Assembly (NCBI GenBank): GCA_000934665.2
Contig: KZ538440.1
Location: forward strand, 1-64,000
DNA: 64,000 bases
Direction: 5' to 3'
From: Catajapyx aquilonaris
Lineage: Eukaryota
The position numbers and the translations under genes were made by a program. Positions 12,696-25,200 of this stretch are shown piece by piece. The notes beneath the pieces were generated by a model. That model saw only the letters and a list, made by a program, of their open reading frames with translations, made no database searches and was not told the DNA's origin. Every line of letters begins with the position of its first letter. Positions within the stretch are counted from its first letter, which is position 1.

Positions 12696-13451
12696 CGAGG
12701 TAGTACCATTTACCTTCTCCCTTCCCCCCCCCCTTCCCCCAATGAACATGTCAGCAGATAGGCACACATTACCAATAGAATCCTCCTGGAGTGGAATGAA
12801 GTGGCTCCACGAGTGCGTCAACCTCTCCAGGCCCTCCAAGACCCTCATATTGGAGGACCCACCCACTCCCGGACAACTGCTTGCAGTTCAACAGTGTCCT
12901 TGAAATGGGGTTGGCGAAGGTTTTTTTTTTCCTTCCTTCATGTTTTGGGGGATGATGGGCATCACCCTCATAGACTGGCTGGAACCAGGGACTACCATCA
13001 ACAGCCCTGTGTACTGTATGTGGCACCCCACCCAGAAAAAGTAGCTAGGGAAATGGGGGCAAAAGGTGTGCTCTTGTGCAGCATGAGAAGGCACGACCCC
13101 ATGCAAGCCGGGACACAATGGCCGCCATTGCCAAGTTTGGATTCCATGGTCTTCCACACCCACCGTATTCCCCTGACCTGGCCCCCAGTGACTTTTACCT
13201 GTTCAGAGCCGTGAAAAACCCCTTCCTCTATGGCATTTCGAGGACATTGTTGAGCTGCAAGCAGTTGTCTGAGAGTGCCACACCTCCAAAATGTGGTTCC
13301 CGGGGGGTCTGGAGAGGTTGCCACACACATGACTCCTGTGCATTTGGATCCAGGAAGATTCTATTGATAATGTGTGCCTATCTGCCAACATGTAAGGGAC
13401 CTGTATTTGTGGTACAAAAATAAATTGCAAGTGAACATGGTACAACCTTCG
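12696..13451 (+). mobile_element. Decayed mariner (DD34D) foldback element
   Basis: TA|CGAGGTAGTACCAT ... ATGGTACAACCTTCG|TA; transposase motifs HEKARPH and HPPYSPDLAPSDFYLF; inverted arms ~12745-12905 / ~13235-13392. Confidence 0.8.
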
Positions 13452-13640
13452 TATTTCTGTACAAAGATACCAAAATGCCAAGCATTCATCTAGTGACTCT
13501 CTTTCCAGGTATGCTTTTTGTAATGGTGAAGGCAATCATTATAATAATAATAATCCAGGGGGTAGTGCTTGACCTCATCTGAGGTATGCAGCACGGACCT
13601 TTATTTATTATGTCAAGTACAGTACATTGGAGCCTTTATA

Positions 13641-14344
13641 CAGGGTGGCCACAAATGATGGGGCCAAAGTAAAAAAATTCTAGAAAATGCAACATACAAG
13701 GTACAACTCCCGCACATATCCCATAGCAAAGAGGAAGGTTGAAAGTTTTTTTACATACATACAAACCCTTGATATGAGCACCGCGTGTGACACGCCAGGC
13801 GTTTAACCGGAAATCGGTGCGTTGCAACATGTCCGGCGTTATGGAAGCCACGACAGAAGTGATGCGGTGCTTCACTTCGGCCGAAGATCTCGGGAGGGGT
13901 GACACAAATACTGCATCCTTAATGTACCCCCACAAAAAAAAATCACGCGCCGTCAAATCTGGTGAACGGGGTGGCCAAGCCCGGAACACTGCATGGCTGT
14001 CAGTGGAACACCTGATCCACCTTTGAAGCAGTAGCCCATTCAGGTAGTCATGGACGTGGAGATTGAAATGCGGAGGAGTTCCATCTTGTTGGAAGATGAA
14101 ATCCGGGGCATCTTCTTGCAGCTGTGATATTAACCACTCCTGCAACGAACCACACCTTTTCCACCGCCGATGATATTTTTAACTCCTAGATGGCACGAGA
14201 CTAATCATTTCATATGGTGAGATATGCCAAAAAAAACTTTCAACCTTCCTCTTTGCGATGAGATATGTACGGGAGTTGTACCTTATTGTATATTGCATTT
14301 TCGAGAATTTTTTTACTTTGGCCCCATCATTTGTGGACACCCTG
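13641..14344 (-). mobile_element. Tc1/mariner rosa/DD41D-like remnant with long TIRs
   Basis: TA|CAGGGTGGCCACAAATGATGGGGCC ... GGCCCCATCATTTGTGGACACCCTG|TA; ORF has FQQDGTPPH and WPPRSPDLTARDFFLWGYIK. Confidence 0.85.
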
Positions 14345-14349
14345 TACGT

Positions 14350-14585
14350 AACGCCCGGGCCCACGGGCAGGATGGCAGGAGGGGATGTGCAGTGCAATGT
14401 CTTATCCGTGGCCATTTTTAGTGAACTCCCCCGGGTGGTTTAGTCTGTGGAAATACCACCCGAGACGAAGCCAGAGGTGACCCTAAACTCTGGACGAGAT
14501 GAAGGGGGTGTCCCCGGGCTGGGATCGAACCCGGGACCTAACATCCATGGGCGCATACGTTACCGCAGCACCACTCCGCCTCCCC
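14350..14585 (-). mobile_element. tRNA-derived SINE family B
   Basis: Reverse complement of the 3273 element. Confidence 0.8.
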
Positions 14586-14903
14586 TTGAGGGCAATCATT
14601 ATTATGATTGTTTCCAGTAGCTGGGAGTAAGCTTAATATATGTAGGCCTACAGTATATTTACATGATCAGGCAGGCAATAAAAAAATTAAGAAACTGAAG
14701 AGTGAGAGTATAGTGATCCTATTGACTTAAAAGCCAAGTAATTGCAATGAAATGATGGGAGTTATATGGTCACCTCCACATTGAATTATTCACAGCTTTG
14801 AAACCAGGGCACATATCCCATGCTGTTCAGGCAAGTCAAAGGGTTTATAGGTAAAAATGTTCACAAAGGAAATAATCCCTCAGTGACATCAGAGAAGGTG
14901 GTA

Positions 14904-15178
14904 GGGCGACACGGTGGCCGAGTGGTTAGCGCCGCAGCCTTCCACCTCTAAGGTCCCGAGTTCGATCCCCGGGTCGGACGGAGGATACTTATGTGGATAG
15001 AGTTTCGATGGGTTCTCTCCGTGTTCGTGTGGGTTTTCTCGGGGTTCTCCCGTTTCCTCCCACTATCAAAATCCATCACATTTCAGGCAAATGATTAAAG
15101 TCGGTAATTCAAAAGATGATCCCCTAAGAGGCCCAAGGGGCCTATCACGGGGTATCCATTATTATATTATTATATATT
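14904..15178 (+). mobile_element. tRNA-derived SINE family A
   Basis: A box TGGCCGAGTGG, B box GAGTTCGATCCC, ATT tail, TSD ACATCAGAGAAGGTG. Confidence 0.88.
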
Positions 15179-15549
15179 ACATCAGAGAAGGTGTATTTAT
15201 TGTGCCATACTGGACAATGTAGGAGGTGAACACTGGTTTAAAATCCATAGTTGGCTGCAAGAATGACCTTCGACCATGGAACATTTCCACTGTGCTGATG
15301 CAGGTGTGCATGATTCATTCAGAAGAAAGTGAGCTGGTCAACATTACTTGGTCCAGCAGTGGGATAAGTGTCCCAATGGCCTTGAGCAGTTCACTTAATT
15401 AAACCAGTCATTACTGCCTCTCATTTTCTATTACCTCCCACTTTTATCCTATGACATTGTGTATCACCTGCCCTTGTAGCAGTTGAGCCAAAGAGGTCTG
15501 GACAGGTTTCTCTTCAGTAATATCTTCTGGCTCACTTTCCACTCGAATA

Positions 15550-15820
15550 ATAATAATAATAATAATGGATACCCCGTGATAGGCCCCTTGGGCCTCTTAG
15601 GGGATCATCTTTTGAAAACCCGACTTTAATCATTTGCCTGAAATGTGATGGATTTTGATAGTGGGAGGAAACGGGAGAACCCCGAGAAAACCCACGCGAA
15701 CACGGAGAGAACCCATCAAAACTCTATCCACGTAAGTATCCTCCGTCCGACCCAGGGATCGAACTCGGGACCTTAGAGGTGGAAGGCTGCGGCGCTAACC
15801 ACTCGGCCACCGTGTCGCCC
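15550..15820 (-). mobile_element. tRNA-derived SINE family A
   Basis: Near-identical inverted copy of the 14904 element; TSD CCACTCGAATA. Confidence 0.88.
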
Positions 15821-15943
15821 CCACTCGAATATTATCAACCCGACATTGTACATTGGTAGGTGGGACAGAATGGAATTTTTGGTGTATGGTTGACTGGCTC
15901 ACTCTCATAAATAAACTATACGTACAAAGAACATACTATACAT

Positions 15944-16611
15944 GAGGGGGTGAAAATCAAAAACCGACAGCTCCAAAAAACAAAAAAAATGAGTTAGCGC
16001 CGGCAATGCATTCCTCATGCCATGGAGTACATAATGCCTGAATATGCTAATTAACACCCTACATGGCCTACAACAAAGCCGTCAAATGCAGGGGTGAAAA
16101 GCGACCTCCGTAACAAAAACCGCCAGCTCCATCCCCACTCGCAGAAAATTACAGATCAAAAACTGCCAGCTCCATCTACTAAAGCTGACATGGGAGATAG
16201 TACATACTGCGAAGCTCGTACGGATAACGACGGTGTGAATGAGATGCGCATTTAACAGAACACCTTGCGTAATGTAATGGAACGTTGGTATGTAAGCGTG
16301 GAATAAACTTAAACATTTACACGCCGGATAAACCTGTGTTTCATGTTTCCCTCACTCAATTTTGCATCAAAAAGCGCCAACTCCAGCTGTTGCAAATCAA
16401 AAACCGGCCAGTGGTGGAATGGACGGTCCACAGCTCATTGGGTCATGGCGGATGATTTCATAATAACTTACCAATGGTTGAGTTGCTAGTAAAGGAATCT
16501 ATAGCCGCTACATTCAGGTGTCTCGTTGACATACGGCGAAACTGTAGGTTTTTCTCGTTTTTCTCCGTTACGTTTACGACGGAGCTGTTGGTTTTTGATT
16601 TTCACCCCCTC
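15944..16611. mobile_element. Sola2-like MITE
   Basis: ACAT|GAGGGGGTGAAAATCAAAAACC ... GGTTTTTGATTTTCACCCCCTC|ACAT; 4-bp TSD, GAG..CTC ends, internal AAAACCGCCAGCTCC repeats. Confidence 0.7.
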
Positions 16612-17169
16612 ACATGCCTTGTTCATGCTTGTAGGGGCAGAGAGGGGGAGGAGCTGATTAAGTCCCTGGCTTTGTAAGGAAAATTATTACAAGCTGCAAA
16701 ATTCATGCATATGCTGTTGTCCATGTCATCCCCTCTTAATGCAATATACTCATTACTGGTGTTGTCAGTGCTGGTGTTCTACCTTAGCTGTGTGACAAAT
16801 CTGACCGACGTTTCTGCCTTTCCCTTCATTCATTTCATGGTTGCATCGATTGTTATTATTAGAACTGGGACAACCAGAACAGATGCCAACATGCTCAGGC
16901 CCTGGACATGGTCATTACTACGTTTGGGAAAATAAGCGTGGAGTGACTTTTACAAGTTGTTGTGGCTGAGAATTGAAGTTTGAGTGATTTGCATTGGGTG
17001 TGATTGTGATTGATGGTCTGAATTTGATTTTGAATAGGCAGTTTGGGAGGCTTCCGTCAGGATCGCCACACAGCTTAGGTAGAACTAATCACCAACCCCC
17101 TAACTACAGTTTTGTGCAACTAAGCTCACAGCTGTCTCCATAATGCTGGGGTAGGATTGTCCAGGGGCT

Positions 17170-17640
17170 GGGTCAGACCATCAGTGGGCAGTATTATCAA
17201 GACCTGTGACAGCAAGCTGTGTGGCCCAATCAAGCAGAAGAGACAAGGAATGGTGATGCAAGGTGTGCACGTCCTGCACGACAAAGCACCAGCTCATTCT
17301 GCCCATGCAACTGTAGCACTTGCTGGCCAATTGGGGTGCAATATTCTGTCCCATCGCACCATATTCCCTGGACCTCGCCCCTAGTGACTTCTTCCTCTTT
17401 CGCCACTTGAAGCAGCCACTGCAGGGGAGGCATTTCGGAAGCAATGAGGTGATTACACAAGCACAAAGTGTCGACTTCTACAATGATGGTGTCCGACAGG
17501 TTGTGCATCGCTGGAAAAAATGTGTGGCTCTGCAGGGTTCATATGTAGAAAAGGACTAATACATGTGTGCAATTTGAAGTTTTTCTCTCTTCTTTCCAAA
17601 ATTTATTTCCAAATAATATATTAATTAATGAACATCTTTG
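17170..17640 (+). mobile_element. Mariner transposase C-terminal remnant (frameshifted)
   Basis: LHDKAPAHSA / PYSLDLAPSDFFLFRHLK..RWKKCVALQGSYVEK* in two frames. Confidence 0.8.
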
Positions 17641-17690
17641 AATGTTACAGCTCCGAACACATTCTGGACTTTGGCACAGAACATCTGAGA

Positions 17691-17905
17691 CCAGCCCCCA
17701 GTCACTCTCCCCCTTTTTGCGTGAGGTTACCTGATCTCCCCCACCGAGGGGGTTGGCCACGGGTTCATAATTGGCGGCTGGGTAAGACGTGACCATCTTG
17801 GTGCATGACTCTAGCACCGTCCATAGCCAATCCCCCTCGGTGGGGGAGATCAGCCAAGTTCATGGGGAGAGCAACATATGAGGTATACGAGTGACCAAGG
17901 GCTGT
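17691..17905. mobile_element. Small MITE related to the 11300 element
   Basis: CCAGCCCCCAGTCACTC ... GAGTGACCAAGGGCTG ends; inner IR CTGATCTCCCCCACCGAGGGGG / CCCCCTCGGTGGGGGAGATCAG. Confidence 0.5.
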
Positions 17906-19116
17906 CTGAAACTATTGATGCTTCCAGACATGGCAAGGTTACTGCACTGCCTTCACAAAACTAACAGTTGAAACATTCAGCTTATGATATCAGGTGCATG
18001 TGATAAAACACACATTTACTAACAGCCAGTTAGCACCGGCCAAAAAGAAATCCTTTCTCTGAATAATAAATTGATAAGAAAATAATGAGGTCATTAAACT
18101 GAGTGCAATTCTCAATACAACAGCATCCAGTTTGGTAATTGAGAAATGTCAAGTAACTGGTCTCTCATGAACACTGACTAGTGAAACTTTCACCTGGAGC
18201 ATTTAAAACCACGATGTTCTGAACAAGAGAGTGATCCACTGTTGGAATAGTGGTCAATAAATTTCAACAAGAGATGATCAGGTGCAGTACATATGATAAA
18301 TTGATACCACATGGTTGCATAATAGCATGACACCTTGGAGATAGTGTTCCATTATGTTTGAGCCAGTCTATACCACATTGTGTCAGGTCACTTCAGCTTA
18401 TAATTAAAGCTGACAGCAAAATTAAGGACAGCAACAAAAAGTAAAACCTAAAAACGCAGCAACCAAAATTGTCCTTCTTTATATGGCACACTTTTGTACT
18501 CTACGTATGGTGCCACATTGTTTCCATAAAATTGTGTCTTAATCATTTCATAATGTGCTCCAATTTTGCCATAAACTCTACAGTATTGTTATAAATAAGT
18601 TTCTAATGCCCAACTGCACAATTTCTTGTCTCACAAACATTTATCATTATTCTAATTGCACATCATGGCTCAGAGGATTTTCAAACTAAATGCAGTTGCT
18701 CAATGCATTAACAGGTTAAAAGGTGCCTGCAACAAAATATAAACCACTAGCATGTAGTGTAAACTTGATCAGGTACCATATACCACAGCAGTCAGTTCAC
18801 AGCCGATTAGCCTACTGCATTTACCTTGTTAAAAAAAAAAATCAAAACATTAAATCTTCTAACCACCAGTTTCCCAAGACTCATACTACACTTTTCATTA
18901 CTGTAAACATACTGTATGACTCATACAGTATGTGTATGAGCAATGTAAAGTTAACTTACATCTGCTGAGGTGAGTGAGTGCCATTTGTAATATTATTGAG
19001 CATTTATTCTTTCCCCTCATCACCAGACTCCTGACTCAGCCTTGAGGCAATGATCACTGACTCAATTACCTCTTCAATGGACAAGGAAGGATAATTGGGC
19101 ATGATTGAGGTTGCAG

Positions 19117-21171
19117 TCATGGCTGGGCCCAGTGAAATGGTTGGCTTACTGCACCTGACCCCATGGGTTTCAAATCACTGGCATCCAACATGGCTAGAGT
19201 AGGTGGCTCCAGAATTACCTCTGCCTCCACCAGATTGGCAGACTCAGACTCTTGATGTGATGCTTTAGCAACAGAGTCTATTGTTTCCATAATGCTTGAA
19301 AGTGAGCTTGCAATAAGCCTCTTGGTTGGATCCAACTGGATACGTTTCTTTGCAAGAACCTTTTTTTTTTTCTTAATCAGGCCCGTAATGACCAGCTTTT
19401 GCTTCTTATGGCTGGGTGCAAGAGGAGTAGTTAATATATTCTTCCAATCACGTGGATGCTGATGCATATAGGATGGCACAACCTGCCGACTAGTGCCTTG
19501 TACTTTTGGGTCCAAGTCTCCAGGAACAGCTTCTTTCATCTCTTCAGCAGTATCATCAGTATCCTTCACTTGCTCCACATCACTGAGTCTCTCTTCAATT
19601 GATGGGTCATCCTTAACTCGCTTCAGCTTCAGTGGACCGGTGTTAACATAGTGACCACCAAATTCTGTCATGAGGTAGTCAGGAAGAGCTTCTTCATACG
19701 CCTCCGAGTCGTCAATGAGTGTGTCATCCTGATCATACCCTTCGCCACAATCTAACAGGTCCTCAAGTTGGCGCTTAGGTAAAGCCTTCTGAAGCATCAC
19801 CTTGTGCAAATCATCCCCTGATGAATCACTCTTGCTGGGGAAGGATTTCTCTGCCTCATTATTAACCAGCTTGCTGGCACCTAACAAGTACAGGAAGTCA
19901 TTACATTAGATTCCACTTTATTGTGCAGCCCATTGGCAGGTAAACTTTAAATGCTATGTACAGTACCATTCATAAAGAATGGTACGCCTCTATATGGACG
20001 AAATGTTTATTCTGTTCCTAACCCCTGGGTCGCCAGCATGTTTTTAGGGGTCACAAGGAAGTCCGGGAAAAGGGAATCAAAATAAAATAAAAAAGAGAAG
20101 AGAAAACAAATCGAAGTAGGAAGATTTTAGGGGTGAAATCCACGTCAAATCTACGTAAGCATTGAACCACGTTGAACATTTTGGTCATTAAAATTTTTAT
20201 TTAAAAATCGGGACGGGTCATACAAGTCACCCGAGTTCCAGAAAAGGTTGTCCATAGGGTTTTGTTGAATTAAGGTTGGGAATAATGCTCGATAATCAGG
20301 ATAAACATTTCATCCATAGAGTCATACCATTCTTTATGAGCGGGACTGTACAGTATTTTATCTCTGACAGAGTGTGAGTCCAAGAAATCTTATGCAACTA
20401 CCTCACTTGAAGTAATAATAATGCTGGGGTAATGTGCTTTCGCCCCCACCTGGGGGCATATCAATTATCATACAGACCTTTATTTGATGAAGGTACATTT
20501 CAGCGCCTATTGTTGAAACACCTGGGCCCATGGGCAGGATGACAGGAGGGGATGTGCAAGGTGCAGTGCAATGTCCTTGTGTGGCCATTTTTAGTGAACT
20601 CCCCCGGGTGGTTTAGTCTACTGGAAATACCACCCGAGACGAAGCCAGAGGTGACCCTGAACTATGCACGAGATGAAGGGGATGTCCCCGGGCGGGATTT
20701 GATCCCGGCACCTTAACATCCGTGGGCGCATACATTACCGCAGCGCCACTTTGCCACCCTACACTTCACTTGAAGTACGTGACTTAACATAATTAATTTT
20801 AGTGAACTCTATGACAGTGAACACAAGGCAGGCAGAGTGGCGCTGCAGTAACGTATGCACCCATGGATGGAAAGATCCCAGGTTCGATCCCAGCCCGGGG
20901 TCTCCCCCCTTCATCTCGTGCAGAGTTGGGTTGTCTCTGGCTTCGTCTCGGGTGGAATCTCCGATAGACTAATCCACCCGGCGGAGTTCACAAAATGTAC
21001 TGTTTGAGACATTGCACTTGCACCTTGCACATCCCCTCCCAGTCACCCTGCCCGCGGACCTGGGAGATTCGCAACAAGGTTCCAATATATGTACACATTG
21101 TACACAGGCCTAAAAAGAACAAATAAAGGTCTGTGCAATACTTCCTCATTTGGGAGGTCCGCACTACCCAA

Positions 21172-21222
<51 letters not shown>

Positions 21223-21772
21223 TTATTTATTTATTTCATTTTTTTAGTTGCATCCCGTTATCTGGCTGATAGGCCATTTCTAGGGGGGTGGCTTACCACC
21301 ATTTGGGGTTTGGAGCGATATACATAAGGTGAAGTGGGGTAAGTGCATACACGGGGTAAGTGCATACACCGGGCCGCCATATTGGAATGAAAATGGCTGA
21401 CGACACCAAAACACGCCAGGCACTCTTTTGTGTAGCTGCACATCACATCCCCACAAGACGTGAGCATGTCAGCCATTTTCATTCCAATATGGCGGCCAGT
21501 TTATGCACTTACCCCACTTCACCTTATGTGTATTTAATTGCTCCAAGGGTAATTAGGAGGGGATGTGCAAAGTGCAAGTGCAATGTCGTTGCTTGGTCAT
21601 TTTGTGAACTCCCCCGGGTGAGTTAGTCTAGCGGAAATTCCCACACGAAACGAAGCCAGAGATGGCCCAACTCTGCATGAAAGAAGGTGGGAACCCCGGG
21701 CAGGGATTGAATCCGGGACCTTAACTTCCGTGAGCGTGCGCGTTACCGCAGCGCCACTCTGTCTCCCCGTAA

Positions 21773-21814
<42 letters not shown>

Positions 21815-22163
21815 TATTTATTTAACTTACCCCATTGGGAGAATATCAGCGCTCCTTTAGGGGGGGTGGAATACCACCATGTTTCCATGTCAATTTTTCA
21901 GAATTTTTTCTTCTAACACCGTGCAGTGGAGACAGGGAAATGGGGAGGGGAATTGGGATTTTTGGGGAGGGGACACAGGTGCAAGTGCAATGTCTGAAAA
22001 GGGTCATGTGCAGTCCCCTAGGAGGCTAGGTTGCCAAGCCTCCTTAGGCGCGGGTCAGAGACCCACTGACACAGGCGGAAGGAACTCCCGGGCAGGGATC
22101 GAACCCGGGACCTTCCTCACAGCAAGCCGAGACATTACCATCTCGGCCACCACGCCTCCCCCG

Positions 22164-22213
<50 letters not shown>

Positions 22214-25200
22214 AGTGAACACCTACAACTCAAACACGCCTCAAAGTCAAAGTTCTCTAGAGGTTGTGGTCAGTTATGACATTGGTTGGCCACTATGTGA
22301 AATAACATTGTTAAATCATAACCAAGTACAGCTTTGAGTACGTGTGCAATTGTGCCTGTCATGCTGATGTGACATTATATTACTGTTAAATTGCTTATTC
22401 ATGTGCAATTACGTAATGAAATTTTTGATCAGTGCAACCATGACTGCTGTCAGGATTAATTTGCATGTTTTGGAAAGAGTCCTGCGTTGTTTTCTAAGTA
22501 TACTGCAGTTTTGTCAGTAACTTTTAGCTAGCGGCATTTTTGCGATAGAGCGGACATGAAGCTGCGATTATTTTTTTCGTTGAATACCGCATTTGATCAC
22601 ACCAATCGGATGCTCAACTTCTCTACTAAACATTGCCAACCTTAAAATTGGCCAGTGTTGCTGTTCTTTGGCACCAGCTGCTCATACGTTCAACTGTGCG
22701 CGCCAAAGGCCTTTTGGTGTCTGGGGGACACGCGCGGCTTTTGGCGCCTCTGTAAGCATTGCCATTCATTCGATCACTTCTCAAGTGTGTCTGTTGGATG
22801 CAGCTTGATGTCCTCTTTCGATTGGTGTGCTTAAATTGTCGGAGGGTGATCTCTGTCTGCTTCAGTTTCAGTAACTAACCAGAGTCATCCGAAAGCTTTG
22901 GTTCGTTACCAAAAATTACCAAAAATTCCTGTACACACCTTATGCCAATGATTTGGAGCGTCAAACTTGGAAACCTCTGTGGGAGTCGCATAATACATCC
23001 GTGTCCCAAGATTCAGCCCAATTCCATAACTCCATGTATTTATTTGGACGGTAACGAACCAAGCCATTTTCCTGCCGCCGAGCGTGCTCCCTCCGATCTC
23101 GGCTCAGATAATAAGCAAATCCACGCCCAATAATGCGGAAAATTTTATGTTATGGTTTTCAATGGCGCTGATTTCAGATCCGATGTCAGAAATTCAAAAA
23201 TCATAATGGTTGATCCAATATGGCAGACAGCATGTGCAGAGAATTGGACAGATATACAGTATTAGCGTCCAAATTAGTTTACGGCGGCTTTAGAGGGCTC
23301 TGATTTCAAATTCAATGTAAAAAAGTTACAAATCAAAGTGGTGCGATGTGTTATCCGGATATGCTCTGATGCTACCGCCGATTTTATTGGGAGGAAGGGG
23401 GAGAGATGCAGCTCTTCAATTGTTCTTATTTATGATGCTGAAAACAAATTTTTACGAATCCTTCATGTTATAAACAGTTGCCTCTATTTACAATGCCACT
23501 GCAAGATGGGTGGTCCGGAAGTTAATTGTGTGTAGCGGTCAAGGTGGCAGGTGGCAGGTGGTGGCAGCTAGTCTTTGGTTCTTCTCAGTCATGAGAGCCT
23601 CCCGCTTTTTATAGGCCATAAATCAAATAATTTGCATTTATCTGAATTTTTGCAGGTCTGAATTCATTGGAAAATTGACTGAAATGACCCATTTTCAAAT
23701 ACCTTCATTTATAGGCTTAGTAAATTTTTATAGATGGTCACATTATAACTCCTTATACAGTCATATTCATATGCATTACAATGTGGTGCAGCTAAAATGG
23801 CTGTGCTCAGAGGTCAGAGGTTATGAATTTTTGAATAAACCATTATTAAAATGTTTTCCCCTCTAGTCAGTTCATAACTTCATTGATGTGTCTGTGTCAG
23901 CCTCGTCCCCAAAGGCTGGTGTGTAGGCAGGCAGCACCCTTTTCATATACTGGGTTACATCCAACATACACAATCATCACGGCATAGTCCCATGATGAGG
24001 TATAGTCAGCGATGACCAGGTCATACGACCCAGCCATCTCAATCGACCAATACACGAGAATCCTCCGATGACTGGTCAGTGTCATGATGTGTCTCGTTTT
24101 AATTATGTACACCCTGAAGTGGTAAAACAGCTCACAAATACTACCCGTGAAAAATTTCTGAACGGTGGAAAATCGCACGCCTTGGTTCGTTACTTTTTTT
24201 CTTGGTTCGTTACCGAGAGTTTTGTTGCGCTACGATGCAAAGAAAAGCAGATACCGGTACGGCAAGGTGACCAATGGATTCCTCGCACTTTTCTTCTCTA
24301 GAGCATATCTATACTGCCATCAAAACCACTTAGAATTCGCAGAGTTATTACGCAATGTAACCCGGTGCAGAAATGCGTGTCCTCGAAACTTTGGTTCGTT
24401 ACCGTGTTTGTTCTCGCTCCTCGGGCGCTATCGAATGATATATTTTGTGTCGGATTTGTGGCAAAATTCAGCCCTCTGTACATGGAACTCAATAGAAAAA
24501 AAAAGTACCCCCAAAGGTTTACCACAAGCATGGAAAATCACAATGAAAGTTGAAAAAAATCGTCCGAACCTTGGTTCGTTACCGCAAAAATGCCCCTAGG
24601 CCTTCCAGAGCAAGAACAACCTGCATGTTTACAACCTAGTCATGCATCATTCTACTAATGCAAATATCTTCCCATTTTTTTCTCCAGACACTTACTAATC
24701 AAGTATACCTACACATAGAGTCATTATTTTATTTGAGTATTATTATTTACTAAATGAAAATTTGCTGCTGTTAGTTTTTTCCTGCAGATTTTAAAATGGG
24801 CTTGCAATTTTCCTGACCAGTTGCTTTGGAAAACTGAAATCAGTTTCCCAGGGCACCAGCACCTCATTTGATTGCAAAAATGCTGCCAGAATATGAAATA
24901 TCAATTACATTACAGTGGAACCTGCATGTTGTGGAATTGCCACACGGTTATGCAAAAATGTTGCGTTAGGAATAAGCCTCTGTCCATATGCAACAGAAAA
25001 AATAATTATCTCCTATGAACAAACCAGCTAATGTCATAATAATTGTGACAATCACACATTCATTTTACCCTTATGAAAATGAGTTTAATATGGATTCCTG
25101 CTGTTCTAGATACTAAACCATACTCAAAAGAAACTCCACACGAATTTGACAAAAAGGTTCATTGTTAATACACATAAGTACCACCACAACTCACCAGCGT

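Noticed and set aside
14904..14980. tRNA genes at the heads of SINE families A-D
   Set aside because: A/B boxes are present, but each continues into a shared non-tRNA body, most with a simple-repeat tail and several with a TSD; these are SINEs.
19160..19180. Programmed -1 frameshift site in the ubinuclein-like gene
   Set aside because: T TTG AAA C is not a canonical heptamer and AAACCCA is out of phase; kept only as a minor alternative.
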